A stretch of DNA of 64,000 nucleotides, from assembly GCA_965208725.1 (NCBI GenBank), contig CBDBPI010000001.1, positions 969,033 to 1,033,032 of the forward strand, in the 5' to 3' direction. This DNA is from Dehalococcoidia bacterium (GTDB lineage Bacteria; Chloroflexota; Dehalococcoidia; Lucifugimonadales; GCA-2712585). Position numbers and translations under genes: made by a program. This document shows, one piece after another, positions 48,654 to 57,990 of the stretch. Below the pieces are notes generated by a model that saw only the letters and a program-made list of their open reading frames with translations, did not search any database and was not told the DNA's origin. Positions within the stretch are counted from its first letter, which is position 1; each line of letters starts with the position of its first letter.

Positions 48654-48956
48654 ATGACGAGTGAACGTCAATGGGGAGAGGTGGGGACTAGGATTGTCTT
48701 TGAGAACCACCGGGTCAGGATATGGGAGCTTGCCCTTGAGCCGGGTGAGTCGAGCCATTGGCACACCCACAAGCTGGACTACGTGACGGTGGGTCTCACC
48801 GAAAGCCGTAACCGACGCCAGTTTGACGACGGGACGTCGGATGAGACCGTCGGGTACGTCGGCCGTTATTCCTACGCCGACAAGCACCAACCCCACGAGG
48901 TTACGAACATCGGGGACACTTCGCACAAAAATATTCTCATCGAGATAAAGGAGTAG
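48654..48956 (+). CDS. Small cupin-fold protein
   Basis: VGTRIVFENHRVRIWELALEPGE..HTHKLDY..HEVTNIG..IEIK. Confidence 0.82.
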   Translation: MTSERQWGEVGTRIVFENHRVRIWELALEPGESSHWHTHKLDYVTVGLTESRNRRQFDDGTSDETVGYVGRYSYADKHQPHEVTNIGDTSHKNILIEIKE

Positions 48957-48958
48957 TC

Positions 48959-49156
48959 ATGGCGGAATCAGAGGAGCTGACCATGGAGACCTTTCTTGAG
49001 ATGGCCGCCCTGCAGGGAGTGGACACCAGCGACCCGGAGCACACGGCGGAGCTTTACGCCAGCGTCAAGGACATCATGGCTACGGTGAAGGCACTGCGAG
49101 AGCTGGACCTGGGTGAAATAGAGCCGGCCAATATTTTTTCTCCGAAAGAGAGCTAA
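48959..49156 (+). CDS. Small acidic protein preceding amidase (possible GatC/AtzG-like partner)
   Basis: AAGGAG RBS; ends LDLGEIEPANIF; 3 bp before the amidase. Confidence 0.75.
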   Translation: MAESEELTMETFLEMAALQGVDTSDPEHTAELYASVKDIMATVKALRELDLGEIEPANIFSPKES

Positions 49157-49159
49157 CCG

Positions 49160-50569
49160 ATGGACGCAACCGAACTATGCTTCCTCAGCGCGGTTGAGCT
49201 TGGGAAACTCATTGAGTCCAAGCAGGTCTCGCCCGTTGAGGTTGCGCAGGCACACTTGGAGCGGATAGATGCTACGGAGGATACGCTCAACTCCTTCATC
49301 ACCCGTCCGGGTGATGAAGCCATCGAAGCGGCGCGGCAGGCGGAGGCGGAGATTGCTGCGGGAGACTATCGAGGCGTGCTTCACGGAGTGCCTGTAGGAC
49401 TGAAGGACCTGTACTACGTAAAGGGTATGCCGAACACCTCCGGCTCTCGCATCTTCGATGACTTCGTGCCCGACTACGACGGCGCATCGGCGGAGAGTCT
49501 CAAGGCAGCCGGGGCGATTCTGATGGGGAAGCTGAACCTGCACCAGTTCGCCTTCGGGCCGACAGGGCTGAACGCAGACTACGGCCACATGCACAATCCG
49601 TGGGACCCGGAGCGGGTTGCCGGGGGATCCAGCGGGGGGTCGGGGTCTGCTGCTGCGGCGGGGCAGTGCGCCATAACCTTGGGTACGGACACGGGCGGGT
49701 CGATTCGGATTCCCAGCGCCCTTTGCGGGCTGGCGGGACTGAAGCCCTCCTACGGGCGGGTGAGCCGCTTCGGTCTGGTGTCGCTTTCGTGGTCGCTGGA
49801 CCATCCCGGACCGATGGCGCGGACGGTGGAAGACTGCGCGGCCGCTCTTCAGGTGTTGGCGGGCTACGATCCTCGCGACCCGGCGTCGGCGGATGAGCCG
49901 GTGCCGGACTACATGGGTGCGCTCTCGGAAGACCTGAGCGGTCTGAGGGTTGGGGTGCCTCGGGAATACTTTGAAGTGCCTGTGGACGCGGAGGTGGAGA
50001 AGCTGGTGCGGGCCGCGCTGAAGACGCTTGAGGACCTGGGGGCCGAAGTGGTGGAGGTGGCTTGGCCGATGTACCATCGCTCCGCCGACATTTCCAAGAT
50101 TATTCTGTACGCAGAGGCTGCGGCGTACCATCGAGACCTGCTGCTGCGCAGGGGCGAGGAGTATGACCCCTCGGTGCGGTGGCGGTTCGAGTCGGGGTTG
50201 TTCATCAGCGGGCCGGACTATCTGAGGGCACTGCGGCACCGTCGGGAGTATACGGAGTCTGCGTGGGAGCTGTTGCAGCAGGTGGACCTGCTGGCGGGGC
50301 CGATGGAGCCGGTGGTGGCGCCGCCTATCGAGGCGGACTCGGTGCCGGTCAACGGCGAGTCGGTGGGGGTTATTCCCGCGCTGACGCAGTATACGCGGCC
50401 CTTCAACCTGACGGGCTACCCTGCTTTGACGGTGCCTTGCGGTTTCTCAGAGGGTATGCCCGTGGGGTTGCAGCTGGCGGCGCGTCCCTTCGAGGAGGCG
50501 ACGGCGCTGCGGGCGGGATACGCGTACCAGCAGGCGACGGACTGGCACAGGCGCAGGCCGCCGGTTTAG
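49160..50569 (+). CDS. Amidase signature family enzyme (GatA/AtzE-like)
   Basis: LHGVPVGLKD, GGSSGGSG, GTDTGGSIRIP. Confidence 0.94.
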   Translation: MDATELCFLSAVELGKLIESKQVSPVEVAQAHLERIDATEDTLNSFITRPGDEAIEAARQAEAEIAAGDYRGVLHGVPVGLKDLYYVKGMPNTSGSRIFDDFVPDYDGASAESLKAAGAILMGKLNLHQFAFGPTGLNADYGHMHNPWDPERVAGGSSGGSGSAAAAGQCAITLGTDTGGSIRIPSALCGLAGLKPSYGRVSRFGLVSLSWSLDHPGPMARTVEDCAAALQVLAGYDPRDPASADEPVPDYMGALSEDLSGLRVGVPREYFEVPVDAEVEKLVRAALKTLEDLGAEVVEVAWPMYHRSADISKIILYAEAAAYHRDLLLRRGEEYDPSVRWRFESGLFISGPDYLRALRHRREYTESAWELLQQVDLLAGPMEPVVAPPIEADSVPVNGESVGVIPALTQYTRPFNLTGYPALTVPCGFSEGMPVGLQLAARPFEEATALRAGYAYQQATDWHRRRPPV

Positions 50570-50811
50570 GACTTCTGAGGCGTTCACGAACGGTTCCTAC
50601 GGGGTGTGTTCCTTCACATCATCCTAACCCTCCAGGTGAAGGAGACCTTTGCGTGACTGCCAAATTCGGCTTTCATCCCCGCCAGAATCACCCCCATCCC
50701 TTCGACAAGCTCAGGACAGGCTCAATCTTCCCCTGTCAAGGGGGAAGAGGAAAGAGAGGAAGGTGTGGGTGAATTGTATTGGCGATGGGGGTTGGATAGA
50801 ATTGGGTTGCG

Positions 50812-51894
50812 ATGAGCTCATTTATCGACAGACTGGAGGACATTGACGCCCGATTTCAGGAGCTGGGTCGACTGCTGGCGCAGCCCGAGGTGGCGGTGGA
50901 CTATGAACAGGTGCAGAAGCTGGCCAAGGAGAGGGCGGGGCTGGAGGACACCGTCAAGGGGTATCGGGAGCTAAAGGACCTGCAGACGCAGAGGGACGAA
51001 GCCCAGTCCATCATTGACGAAGGGGGCGATCCTGAGATGGAGGCCCTTGCCGTCGAGGAACTGGAGATGGCGTCCGGTCGGATAGAAGAGTTGGAGCAGG
51101 AGCTGCGACTGGCGCTGCTGCCGAAGGACCCCAACGACGAACGGAGCGTCATTGTCGAGATACGCAAGGGGGCCGGAGGTCAGGAGGCGGGGCTGTTCGC
51201 CGCCGATCTTTACCGGATGTACACGAGGTACGCCCACAACCAGGGTTGGAAGGTGGAGGTGCTCAACTCCAATCCTTCGGACCTGGGGGGGTTCAACGAG
51301 ATAGCGTTCGGGGTGGAAGGGAAGAACGCCTTCGGGCGGCTGAAGTATGAGAGGGGGGTTCACCGGGTGCAGCGGATTCCAACGACGGAGTCGTCGGGTC
51401 GGTTGCATACCTCGACGGTGACGGTGGCGGTGCTGCCGGAGGCGGAGGAGGTGGATATAAGGATAAACATGGACGACCTTCGCATCGACGTGTTTCACGC
51501 CGGAGGGCATGGGGGGCAGAACGTGAACAAGGTGGCGACGGCCATCCGGATCGTCCACAATCCCACGGGGACGGTGGTGACCTGCCAGGACGAGCGGTCG
51601 CAGTACAAGAACAAGCAGCGGGCGTTGAACATTCTGAGGGCGCGTTTGTACGAGCAGGAGCAGCTGAAGCTGGAGAAGGAGATCATCCAGTCGAGGCGGA
51701 CGCAGGTGGGCACGGGGGACAGGGCGGAGAAGATTCGCACGTACAACTTCCCACAGGACCGGATAACGGACCATCGCATCGGCCGGAACTTCTTTGGGTG
51801 CCAGAAGTATATGGACGGGTTCATGGACGACGTTATTGACGCGTTGACGGCGCATGAGCAGGCGGGAGCGCTGGAAGCGGCGCTGGCGAGGTAA
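50812..51894 (+). CDS. prfA: Peptide chain release factor 1
   Basis: GVHRVQRIPTTE (PxT), GGQNVNK, CQDERSQ, IRTYNFPQ. Confidence 0.97.
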   Translation: MSSFIDRLEDIDARFQELGRLLAQPEVAVDYEQVQKLAKERAGLEDTVKGYRELKDLQTQRDEAQSIIDEGGDPEMEALAVEELEMASGRIEELEQELRLALLPKDPNDERSVIVEIRKGAGGQEAGLFAADLYRMYTRYAHNQGWKVEVLNSNPSDLGGFNEIAFGVEGKNAFGRLKYERGVHRVQRIPTTESSGRLHTSTVTVAVLPEAEEVDIRINMDDLRIDVFHAGGHGGQNVNKVATAIRIVHNPTGTVVTCQDERSQYKNKQRALNILRARLYEQEQLKLEKEIIQSRRTQVGTGDRAEKIRTYNFPQDRITDHRIGRNFFGCQKYMDGFMDDVIDALTAHEQAGALEAALAR

Positions 51895-51955
51895 TTTTGC
51901 CCTTGGAAAGAGAGGGCACGCTGCAAGGACTTCCCTTTCCCTCGCTATCTGCCGT

Positions 51956-52810
51956 ATGACTACGGTGAGGGAGTTTTTGCGGGAGACGCGGCGGCGGTTG
52001 GAGGAGGTGGGGGTGCCGGAGCCCGGGCTGGAACCGGAAGTTATGCTGACGGACGTGCTGGGGGTGCCGCGTCATCGGATTTACGCCTATCAGGATGACG
52101 CTATACCCGAAGAGGCGGTTACATCGCTTGAGAAGGTGGTGGAGCGTCGGGTGAGGCGGGAGCCACTGGCGTATATTCTGGGGCATCGGGAGTTTTACGG
52201 CGTCGACCTGACGGTTAGGCCGGGGGTGATGACGCCACGTCCAGAGACGGAGATGCTGGTGGAGCGGGCGCTGCTGGTGTGCCTGGAGCGGATGGACCGC
52301 CCGGGGTTGGTGGTGGCGGATGTCGGAACGGGAAGCGGGGGGATTGCCGTCAACCTGGCCATGCATCTGCCCGGGGTTTCGCTTTATGCTACGGACATCT
52401 CGGTGGAGGCGTTGGGGGTGGCGAGGGCGAATGTGGACAAGTTCAACCTGGGCGGGCGGATTACTCTGCTGGAAGGGGACTTGCTTGAACCGCTGTGGGG
52501 TCGGGTGGACGTTATCGTGGCGAATCTCCCGTACATCCCGTCGGGGCGGCTGGAGGAGCTGCAGCCGGAGCTGGCGTGGGAGCCGCGGGGGGCTTTGGAT
52601 GGGGGGGAGGACGGGATGGCGTTGCTGCGTAGACTGATGGGGCAGGCGGTGGGGAAGCTGGCTGCCGACGGGGTGATGCTGTTGGAGATTGATGAGGGGC
52701 AGGGGGAGCCGCTGCGTCGGTTGGCGTCGAGTCTGTTTCCGGGGGCGGCGACGTCGGTGGAGGAGGATTTGGCGGGGTTGGAGCGGCTGTTTGTGCTTGA
52801 GTCGGGATAG
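51956..52810 (+). CDS. prmC: Release factor glutamine methyltransferase
   Basis: EPLAYILG, PRPETE, DVGTGSG, ANLPY, ALDGGEDG; follows prfA. Confidence 0.96.
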   Translation: MTTVREFLRETRRRLEEVGVPEPGLEPEVMLTDVLGVPRHRIYAYQDDAIPEEAVTSLEKVVERRVRREPLAYILGHREFYGVDLTVRPGVMTPRPETEMLVERALLVCLERMDRPGLVVADVGTGSGGIAVNLAMHLPGVSLYATDISVEALGVARANVDKFNLGGRITLLEGDLLEPLWGRVDVIVANLPYIPSGRLEELQPELAWEPRGALDGGEDGMALLRRLMGQAVGKLAADGVMLLEIDEGQGEPLRRLASSLFPGAATSVEEDLAGLERLFVLESG

Positions 52811-52975
52811 GGGTCACTGCGTGACGGGTCATTGCATGACGGCAAGTTTGGGCAACTGCGTTGTGGCAAGTTTGGAATGACGAAGAGGAGGAGGGAGTTG
52901 GCCAGCTATGGGGGACAGTCGGACGTGGATTGGGATTGAAGAGTGGCCCCCGCTTTCGCGGGGGTGGGGAGAGGC

Positions 52976-53275
52976 GAATGGGGGTGGGGGAAGGGTGACC
53001 ACAAGGATCGTTCCTATGGAATAGTGGCGGTAGGAGTGGAAAGAGAGCGGGTTTGAAACCCGCCCCTACCGGTAGAGGTTGGCGTGGAGTGAGAGTGGGT
53101 TCCCGGCTGTGCGGGAATGGGGGGTGGGGGAAAGGTGACCACAAGGGTCGTCCCTACGGAATAGTGGTGGTAGGAGTGGAAAGAGGGCGGGTTTGAAACC
53201 CGCTCCTACCGGTAGAGGTTGGCGTGGAGTGAGAGTGGGTTCCCGGCTGTGCGGGAATGGGGAGTGGGGGAAGGG
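52976..53275. repeat. Tandem duplication of an approximately 140-bp composite REP unit
   Basis: GAATGGGG..GGTGACCACAAGG..GGGTTTGAAACCCG..TTCCCGGCTGTGCGGGAA repeats from 52976, 53115 and restarts at 53255. Confidence 0.88.
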
Positions 53276-53407
53276 CTGGGGATGCGCGTCAAGGGGGAAG
53301 ATGGGAACTGGATTCCGGCTTCTGCCGGAATGACGGATATACAAAGATCTCGAGGATGGTAGAGGGGTGAGATGGGTCCCCGCCTTCGCGGAGACACAAG
53401 GATGGGG

Positions 53408-53551
53408 TTAGTCGGAGGAGGGGAGCTGGCGGGGGGCCTGGAGGGCCATTTCTTCGTCGCAGCAGAAAACGACGCCGTCTCCCCGGCGTACGCAGAGGAT
53501 GAGGGTGCCGCACTGCTGGCAGGCGTAACGTTTTCCTAGCTGGTTGGGCAT
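53408..53551 (-). CDS. Desulforedoxin-like microprotein (47 aa)
   Basis: MPNQLGKRYACQQCGTLILCVRRGDGVVFCCDEEMALQAPRQLPSSD; CxxC..CC. Confidence 0.82.
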   Translation of the reverse strand: MPNQLGKRYACQQCGTLILCVRRGDGVVFCCDEEMALQAPRQLPSSD

Positions 53552-53612
53552 TTTGGCATCCTAGACTTTGCACTCAGTAAGGCGCTTCGGGCTGTGGACA
53601 TTCCCTTGATGT

Positions 53613-53732
53613 CTACCTCTTAAGTTGGGTGGGTTCGCTGCAACATTTCATCTGGCCTTGCCCGCCGCGAGTGACGAGGAATTCGGAGCCGCATTGGGAG
53701 CAGGTGTAGCGCTTTCCTGTCTCGTTAGCCAT
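53613..53732 (-). CDS. Desulforedoxin-like microprotein (39 aa)
   Basis: MANETGKRYTCSQCGSEFLVTRGGQGQMKCCSEPTQLKR; GAGGAG RBS; promoter TTGACC-18bp-TAGAAT at 53792-53821. Confidence 0.85.
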   Translation of the reverse strand: MANETGKRYTCSQCGSEFLVTRGGQGQMKCCSEPTQLKR

Positions 53733-54497
53733 GGGAGGGGCTCCTCTGCTGTCGATCTTCCGGAGGGTGGGAAGGCCTTGGGTCGAGGCATATTCTACCG
53801 ACGGAGGCCAATTTGGGTCAATGGGTTGGGGGGCAACTGCGTTGCGGCAAGTTTCGCAGAATTAGGCGTGGGTTAAGGGGTTTGGTGACTGCGGGGGAGC
53901 ACCCTCACCCCAACCCTCTCCCAGGACGGGAGAGGGGGCAAGATGGGAACTTCGGGAAGGTCGCCCTTCGGCAAGCTCAGGGTGACATGTGGTTGTGGGG
54001 GGCGGGCGGCTCGTACCTTGTCCTTCAATCGACAGAACAAGGTACGGTTCTCATGGACAGTCGATTTAGAGGTATCTGGCGTCGGATAAGTAGGGGGAAG
54101 TCACTGAGAATCGGCCTCCCAATCTACGCCGATAACCACCAATGGATCCCGTTTGAGTCTAGTTAGGTGGACAGCCTAATCCGTAACTGCTCGTGAGATG
54201 CCATGGTTCTCTGGTTGGTAACTCTGGCCGTCTTTGGAGCAAGCAAGGTTACTTTGCTGTCTGGTGGCTACTCTGCAGCTTGAGAAGCCACCCTCTCAAA
54301 CCCTATACTTCTAACCTGATCTCCATCTTGAGGGTTCTTGGATTTGCCCAGTCTAGTTGACTAGCGAGCCGCATCAGCGGTGGATCAATTTGCCATAGCC
54401 TCCACGGCCAGCAGGGTGAGGGCATTGTCTCCCGGTCGACGGGACACGTGAGGCAAGTCTATACTTTCGCGCAACACCTGAGATGGAGAGGAATGGA

Positions 54498-55645
54498 ATG
54501 AACCCAGGGTACGATTTCCTTGTGGAGACTGTGCGACCCTGTGGCTATGCGGTTTCTCCTCGCATGGGAGCGGATCGAGTCTGGAGTGGCGTACAATCCC
54601 CTTTCGCAGGGGCTGCGAGCAAACCCGTACCCCTTCTATGAGGAACTGCGGCGGAAAGATCCGGTCCACCGGATGCGTCTGCAAGACGGGTGGGTATGAC
54701 GGACTATGCTGACGTCGACATGATGCTGCGGGATAACCGACGGTTCGGAAATTCAGGCAGGGACTTCGGCTGCATTCCACAGGTGAGCATGCTGGACATG
54801 GACCCGTCGGAACACACCAAGATCCGGGCTCTAGTGTCCCACAGATTCACTCCACGCTCCGTTGTCGCCCTGGAACCGCGCATCCGGGAAACGGTGGACG
54901 GTCTCAGCGACAACATGGAGGTCAAGGAGCGCTTTGACCTCATCGCGGAACTCGCATTTCCCCTGCCCGTCATCGTCATCGCCGAGATGTTGGGGGTTAC
55001 ATCAGAGGACCGGGAGCAGTTCAACGAGTGGTCCATCATCGTTTCGCTCATCGCCGACGCGCTCTTGAATGAAGGCCAGGTGCTCCAGGTGCAGCGGGCC
55101 GTCGATGAAGTGTTCACCTATGTCGAAGCGGTGGCGGAGGAACTACGTCGCAATCCGCAGGACGACTTGGTCAGCGTCCTGGTGACAGCGGAGGTGGACG
55201 GTGTACGGCTGGAGCGGGACGATCTGCTGATAAACCTGTTGCTGGTGGCGGAAAACGCGACGACGCGTACCCTCATCGGTAATGGCACTCTGGCGCTGTT
55301 GCGCCATCCCAATGAGCTCCAGGGACTGCGCAAGGACCCTTCCCTACTAAACGGAGCGATTGATGAATTTCTGCGTTTCGATAGCCCGGTGCAACTGGAC
55401 AGCCGGATTGCCCGTGAGCCGGTTGAGCTGCGTAGAAAGCAAATAGTCCCCGGTCAGCGGGAGCTCTGTCTCCTGGGGCGGCCAACCGCGACCCGCAGGC
55501 CCTTCCCGACGCGGACCGGCTGGACGTGGGACGCTCTTCCGCCAGACATCTGGCCTTTGGGCGGGGCGTCCATTACTGCCTCGGCGCACCACTGGCGCGT
55601 CTTGAGGTACGTGTCGCCTTTGAGGCGCTGCTGAACATGCTAACG
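54498..55645 (+). pseudogene. Cytochrome P450 pseudogene
   Basis: [49 protein letters not shown] in different frames (shifts near 54540, 54695, 55478); I-helix motif degenerate; C-terminus lost. Confidence 0.88.
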
Positions 55646-55707
55646 ACGGGGAGGTGCGAGTTGAGGAGTTGGGAATTGGCCGACTTAGCAAGGTGGGGCG
55701 TTAGTAC

Positions 55708-57618
55708 ATGATTCTTCCTAAAGATCGGATGAACTTTAGGTACCGATTGCATTTTCTTGCCGACGTGACTGCTTTGCAAATCCTGTGTAGCCCTGAAGCT
55801 GTCGCTCTCCTGGAAAATGCGATTGAACCACTCAATTCTGGACACCGACGAAGTTTCCTTCGCGGTTATCGACTAGCCGTCGCCACACCCTTGCATGGCC
55901 TGTTTTGGTTTGTGGATGACCACCCGGAACTGCTGGGGTTTGAATACGACGACGGGCTTTACAACTGGCTGCACTATACCCGTGGGAAACGTAAGGGGTC
56001 GCTGTTGTCGGCGATTTCCGATCCAACATCCGATTTAGGACGCCTCTGCCACGTGTTCAATGGTCTTCAGGTTGCTTTACGCAGGGCTGATGGCGGCTTG
56101 GCAGATACGGTTGTTGCCATTGAAAAATGTGGAGTGGTAGCGTCGCGATTTTCCGAAGTTCTGGCAGGAACAGAGATTATTTCTTTGGATACAAGAGAAG
56201 CTCTGCATGAAGGAGAGTCCTTGCTTCGCATGTGTTTGGCAGAGCGGATACTGGATTATCTCGATTATGACCGTAGTATTGTCGCCCTAGCTCTTGAATT
56301 AGTATGGAGCGGTGGAGAAGAGTTCCGTCCTATTGACGACCGTTTCGTTTTGGATGCCGAGACCCATTTGGATGACGTCGCATTATTCCCTTTCACATCG
56401 AGGATTCCAGAAGAGTGGGGAGACGGTTTTTGGTTTGGCTGCGACCTGGTCATCCAGCTAAATAAAATTGTTCTACAGTCTCACTCCGATTCCGCTCCCC
56501 TCATCTACCAGGACTGGTTAGAAGATCTCCTCACTTTTGTGAATCCATTAGCTCAACCGAGGGAATGGCCAAGCTGGAAGTATGGATTGACTGAGTTTTC
56601 ACAACCTAGTATAGGAAGACTGCTAGACGATTTCGAGGTGAATATGGATACTGTCTCTTCGAAGCATAGACTTGCGGCGATCCTGGGTCCTGATAGAGTG
56701 CGTCTGATGACCTCTGCCGGAGCAACCGACCCCATGGAGTTGGAAATCATGCTGGGTGGAGCGGTCGCCGCCTGCGGCGATTCTGGGATCCGAGTTCTGC
56801 TCTTGAGCCACTCCGTAGCCGCGGATAACCATGAATGGGTCTCCTTAGCATTTAGACTTCCAATGTACGGCAGCGCACTTGGCTCTAATGCCTCGAAGTG
56901 GTTTTTGTTCTACAAGATGTATTACCAGGGAGAAGTGTTTGAATCTGACGTTGTCCGTGCTCATAAGGGAGTGCAGGAGTTACTCTTGCGGTTCAAAGAC
57001 AATCTGGAGATAGAAGAGCTCGACGGGCTAGATTCTACGGACTTCTTACCCTATTGTACGTTGCCGGCCTTTCGTGCAATGCAAGAATTGAGCAAAAGGG
57101 CAGTTAGCACGAATTCTGACTTGCGCTCAGTGAATTCCGAACTATTGGCTGGATTATGGCTAGCGGCCCAAGGCTATCACAACGTTAAGGTCTCATTCGA
57201 GCGTGCTTCATTGGGTAAATCTGACTACGATGCGGTCGGTGTGAAGGACGGTCAGTGCTTGGTTATTGAAGTTAAGAGCGCCAATGTCATTGATGTCAAA
57301 CTGCAGAATGAGATTGACAAGTTTGCCAATAGAATAGATCAACTGCGTGGTCGATTGCCCGTACTAGCAAAGGCTTTGGGATGTAGCTCTGACATCCATA
57401 ATGTTTCAGGGTTGTTCGTCCTTTTGGGTGACTTAGGTGGCTTCAAACCAGCTAATCCTTCGATTCCTCTGTGGGGCTACGACGATTTTCTGGACGCATT
57501 GAAAGCAATAGACTTACCTAACAGAATCGTAGGTTCATTGGACAGGTCTCATATTATCCATTCTATCCGGAATCGCGACTTTCCAGATGATCCGTCTCTT
57601 GCCGGATTGGAAGATTAG
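55708..57618 (+). CDS. Unknown 636-aa protein with C-terminal PD-(D/E)xK-type nuclease motif
   Basis: [33 protein letters not shown]; long intact ORF of lower GC. Confidence 0.7.
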   Translation: MILPKDRMNFRYRLHFLADVTALQILCSPEAVALLENAIEPLNSGHRRSFLRGYRLAVATPLHGLFWFVDDHPELLGFEYDDGLYNWLHYTRGKRKGSLLSAISDPTSDLGRLCHVFNGLQVALRRADGGLADTVVAIEKCGVVASRFSEVLAGTEIISLDTREALHEGESLLRMCLAERILDYLDYDRSIVALALELVWSGGEEFRPIDDRFVLDAETHLDDVALFPFTSRIPEEWGDGFWFGCDLVIQLNKIVLQSHSDSAPLIYQDWLEDLLTFVNPLAQPREWPSWKYGLTEFSQPSIGRLLDDFEVNMDTVSSKHRLAAILGPDRVRLMTSAGATDPMELEIMLGGAVAACGDSGIRVLLLSHSVAADNHEWVSLAFRLPMYGSALGSNASKWFLFYKMYYQGEVFESDVVRAHKGVQELLLRFKDNLEIEELDGLDSTDFLPYCTLPAFRAMQELSKRAVSTNSDLRSVNSELLAGLWLAAQGYHNVKVSFERASLGKSDYDAVGVKDGQCLVIEVKSANVIDVKLQNEIDKFANRIDQLRGRLPVLAKALGCSSDIHNVSGLFVLLGDLGGFKPANPSIPLWGYDDFLDALKAIDLPNRIVGSLDRSHIIHSIRNRDFPDDPSLAGLED

Positions 57619-57635
57619 TGCATCAGGAGAGCGAG

Positions 57636-57830
57636 ATGGAGAAAACGGATTTTCCGCCGGGATGGTCCAAAGTGCGCGCCCGGCGCCTCCTTCGGCATTA
57701 TGTGTCACTACCGGAGGAGGCGGTTGCCGAAGATGAAGACGCATTCGAGGAATCTACGCAGACAGAGATGGGAGTCGCGATGGAACTCGCGCCTAGGGTA
57801 CGCGCGCTCATTGCAGAGCGTGCCAGGTAG
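57636..57830 (+). CDS. Small hypothetical protein, possible orphan antitoxin
   Basis: FPPGW..HY..EEAVAEDEDAFE..RALIA; AGGAG RBS. Confidence 0.55.
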   Translation: MEKTDFPPGWSKVRARRLLRHYVSLPEEAVAEDEDAFEESTQTEMGVAMELAPRVRALIAERAR

Positions 57831-57990
57831 TAGGAGACGGTAATAAACTCACAGGTATCGATCACCTAGGACGCCCTTGGTGCGATTTGCCGAAAGCACG
57901 GGATCCTCACCTAAATCGACTCCAATCCTGTCCAACTAATAGGGTCCACCTCAGTAAACGTAACGGAATTCGCACCAATTTATACCTTAG

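Noticed and set aside
49160-50569. gatA of GatCAB
   Set aside because: No gatB nearby and the context is catabolic; called a generic amidase.
54040-54490. Gene or ncRNA in the lower-GC stretch before the P450 relic
   Set aside because: Stops in the frames examined and no recognisable motif or structure.
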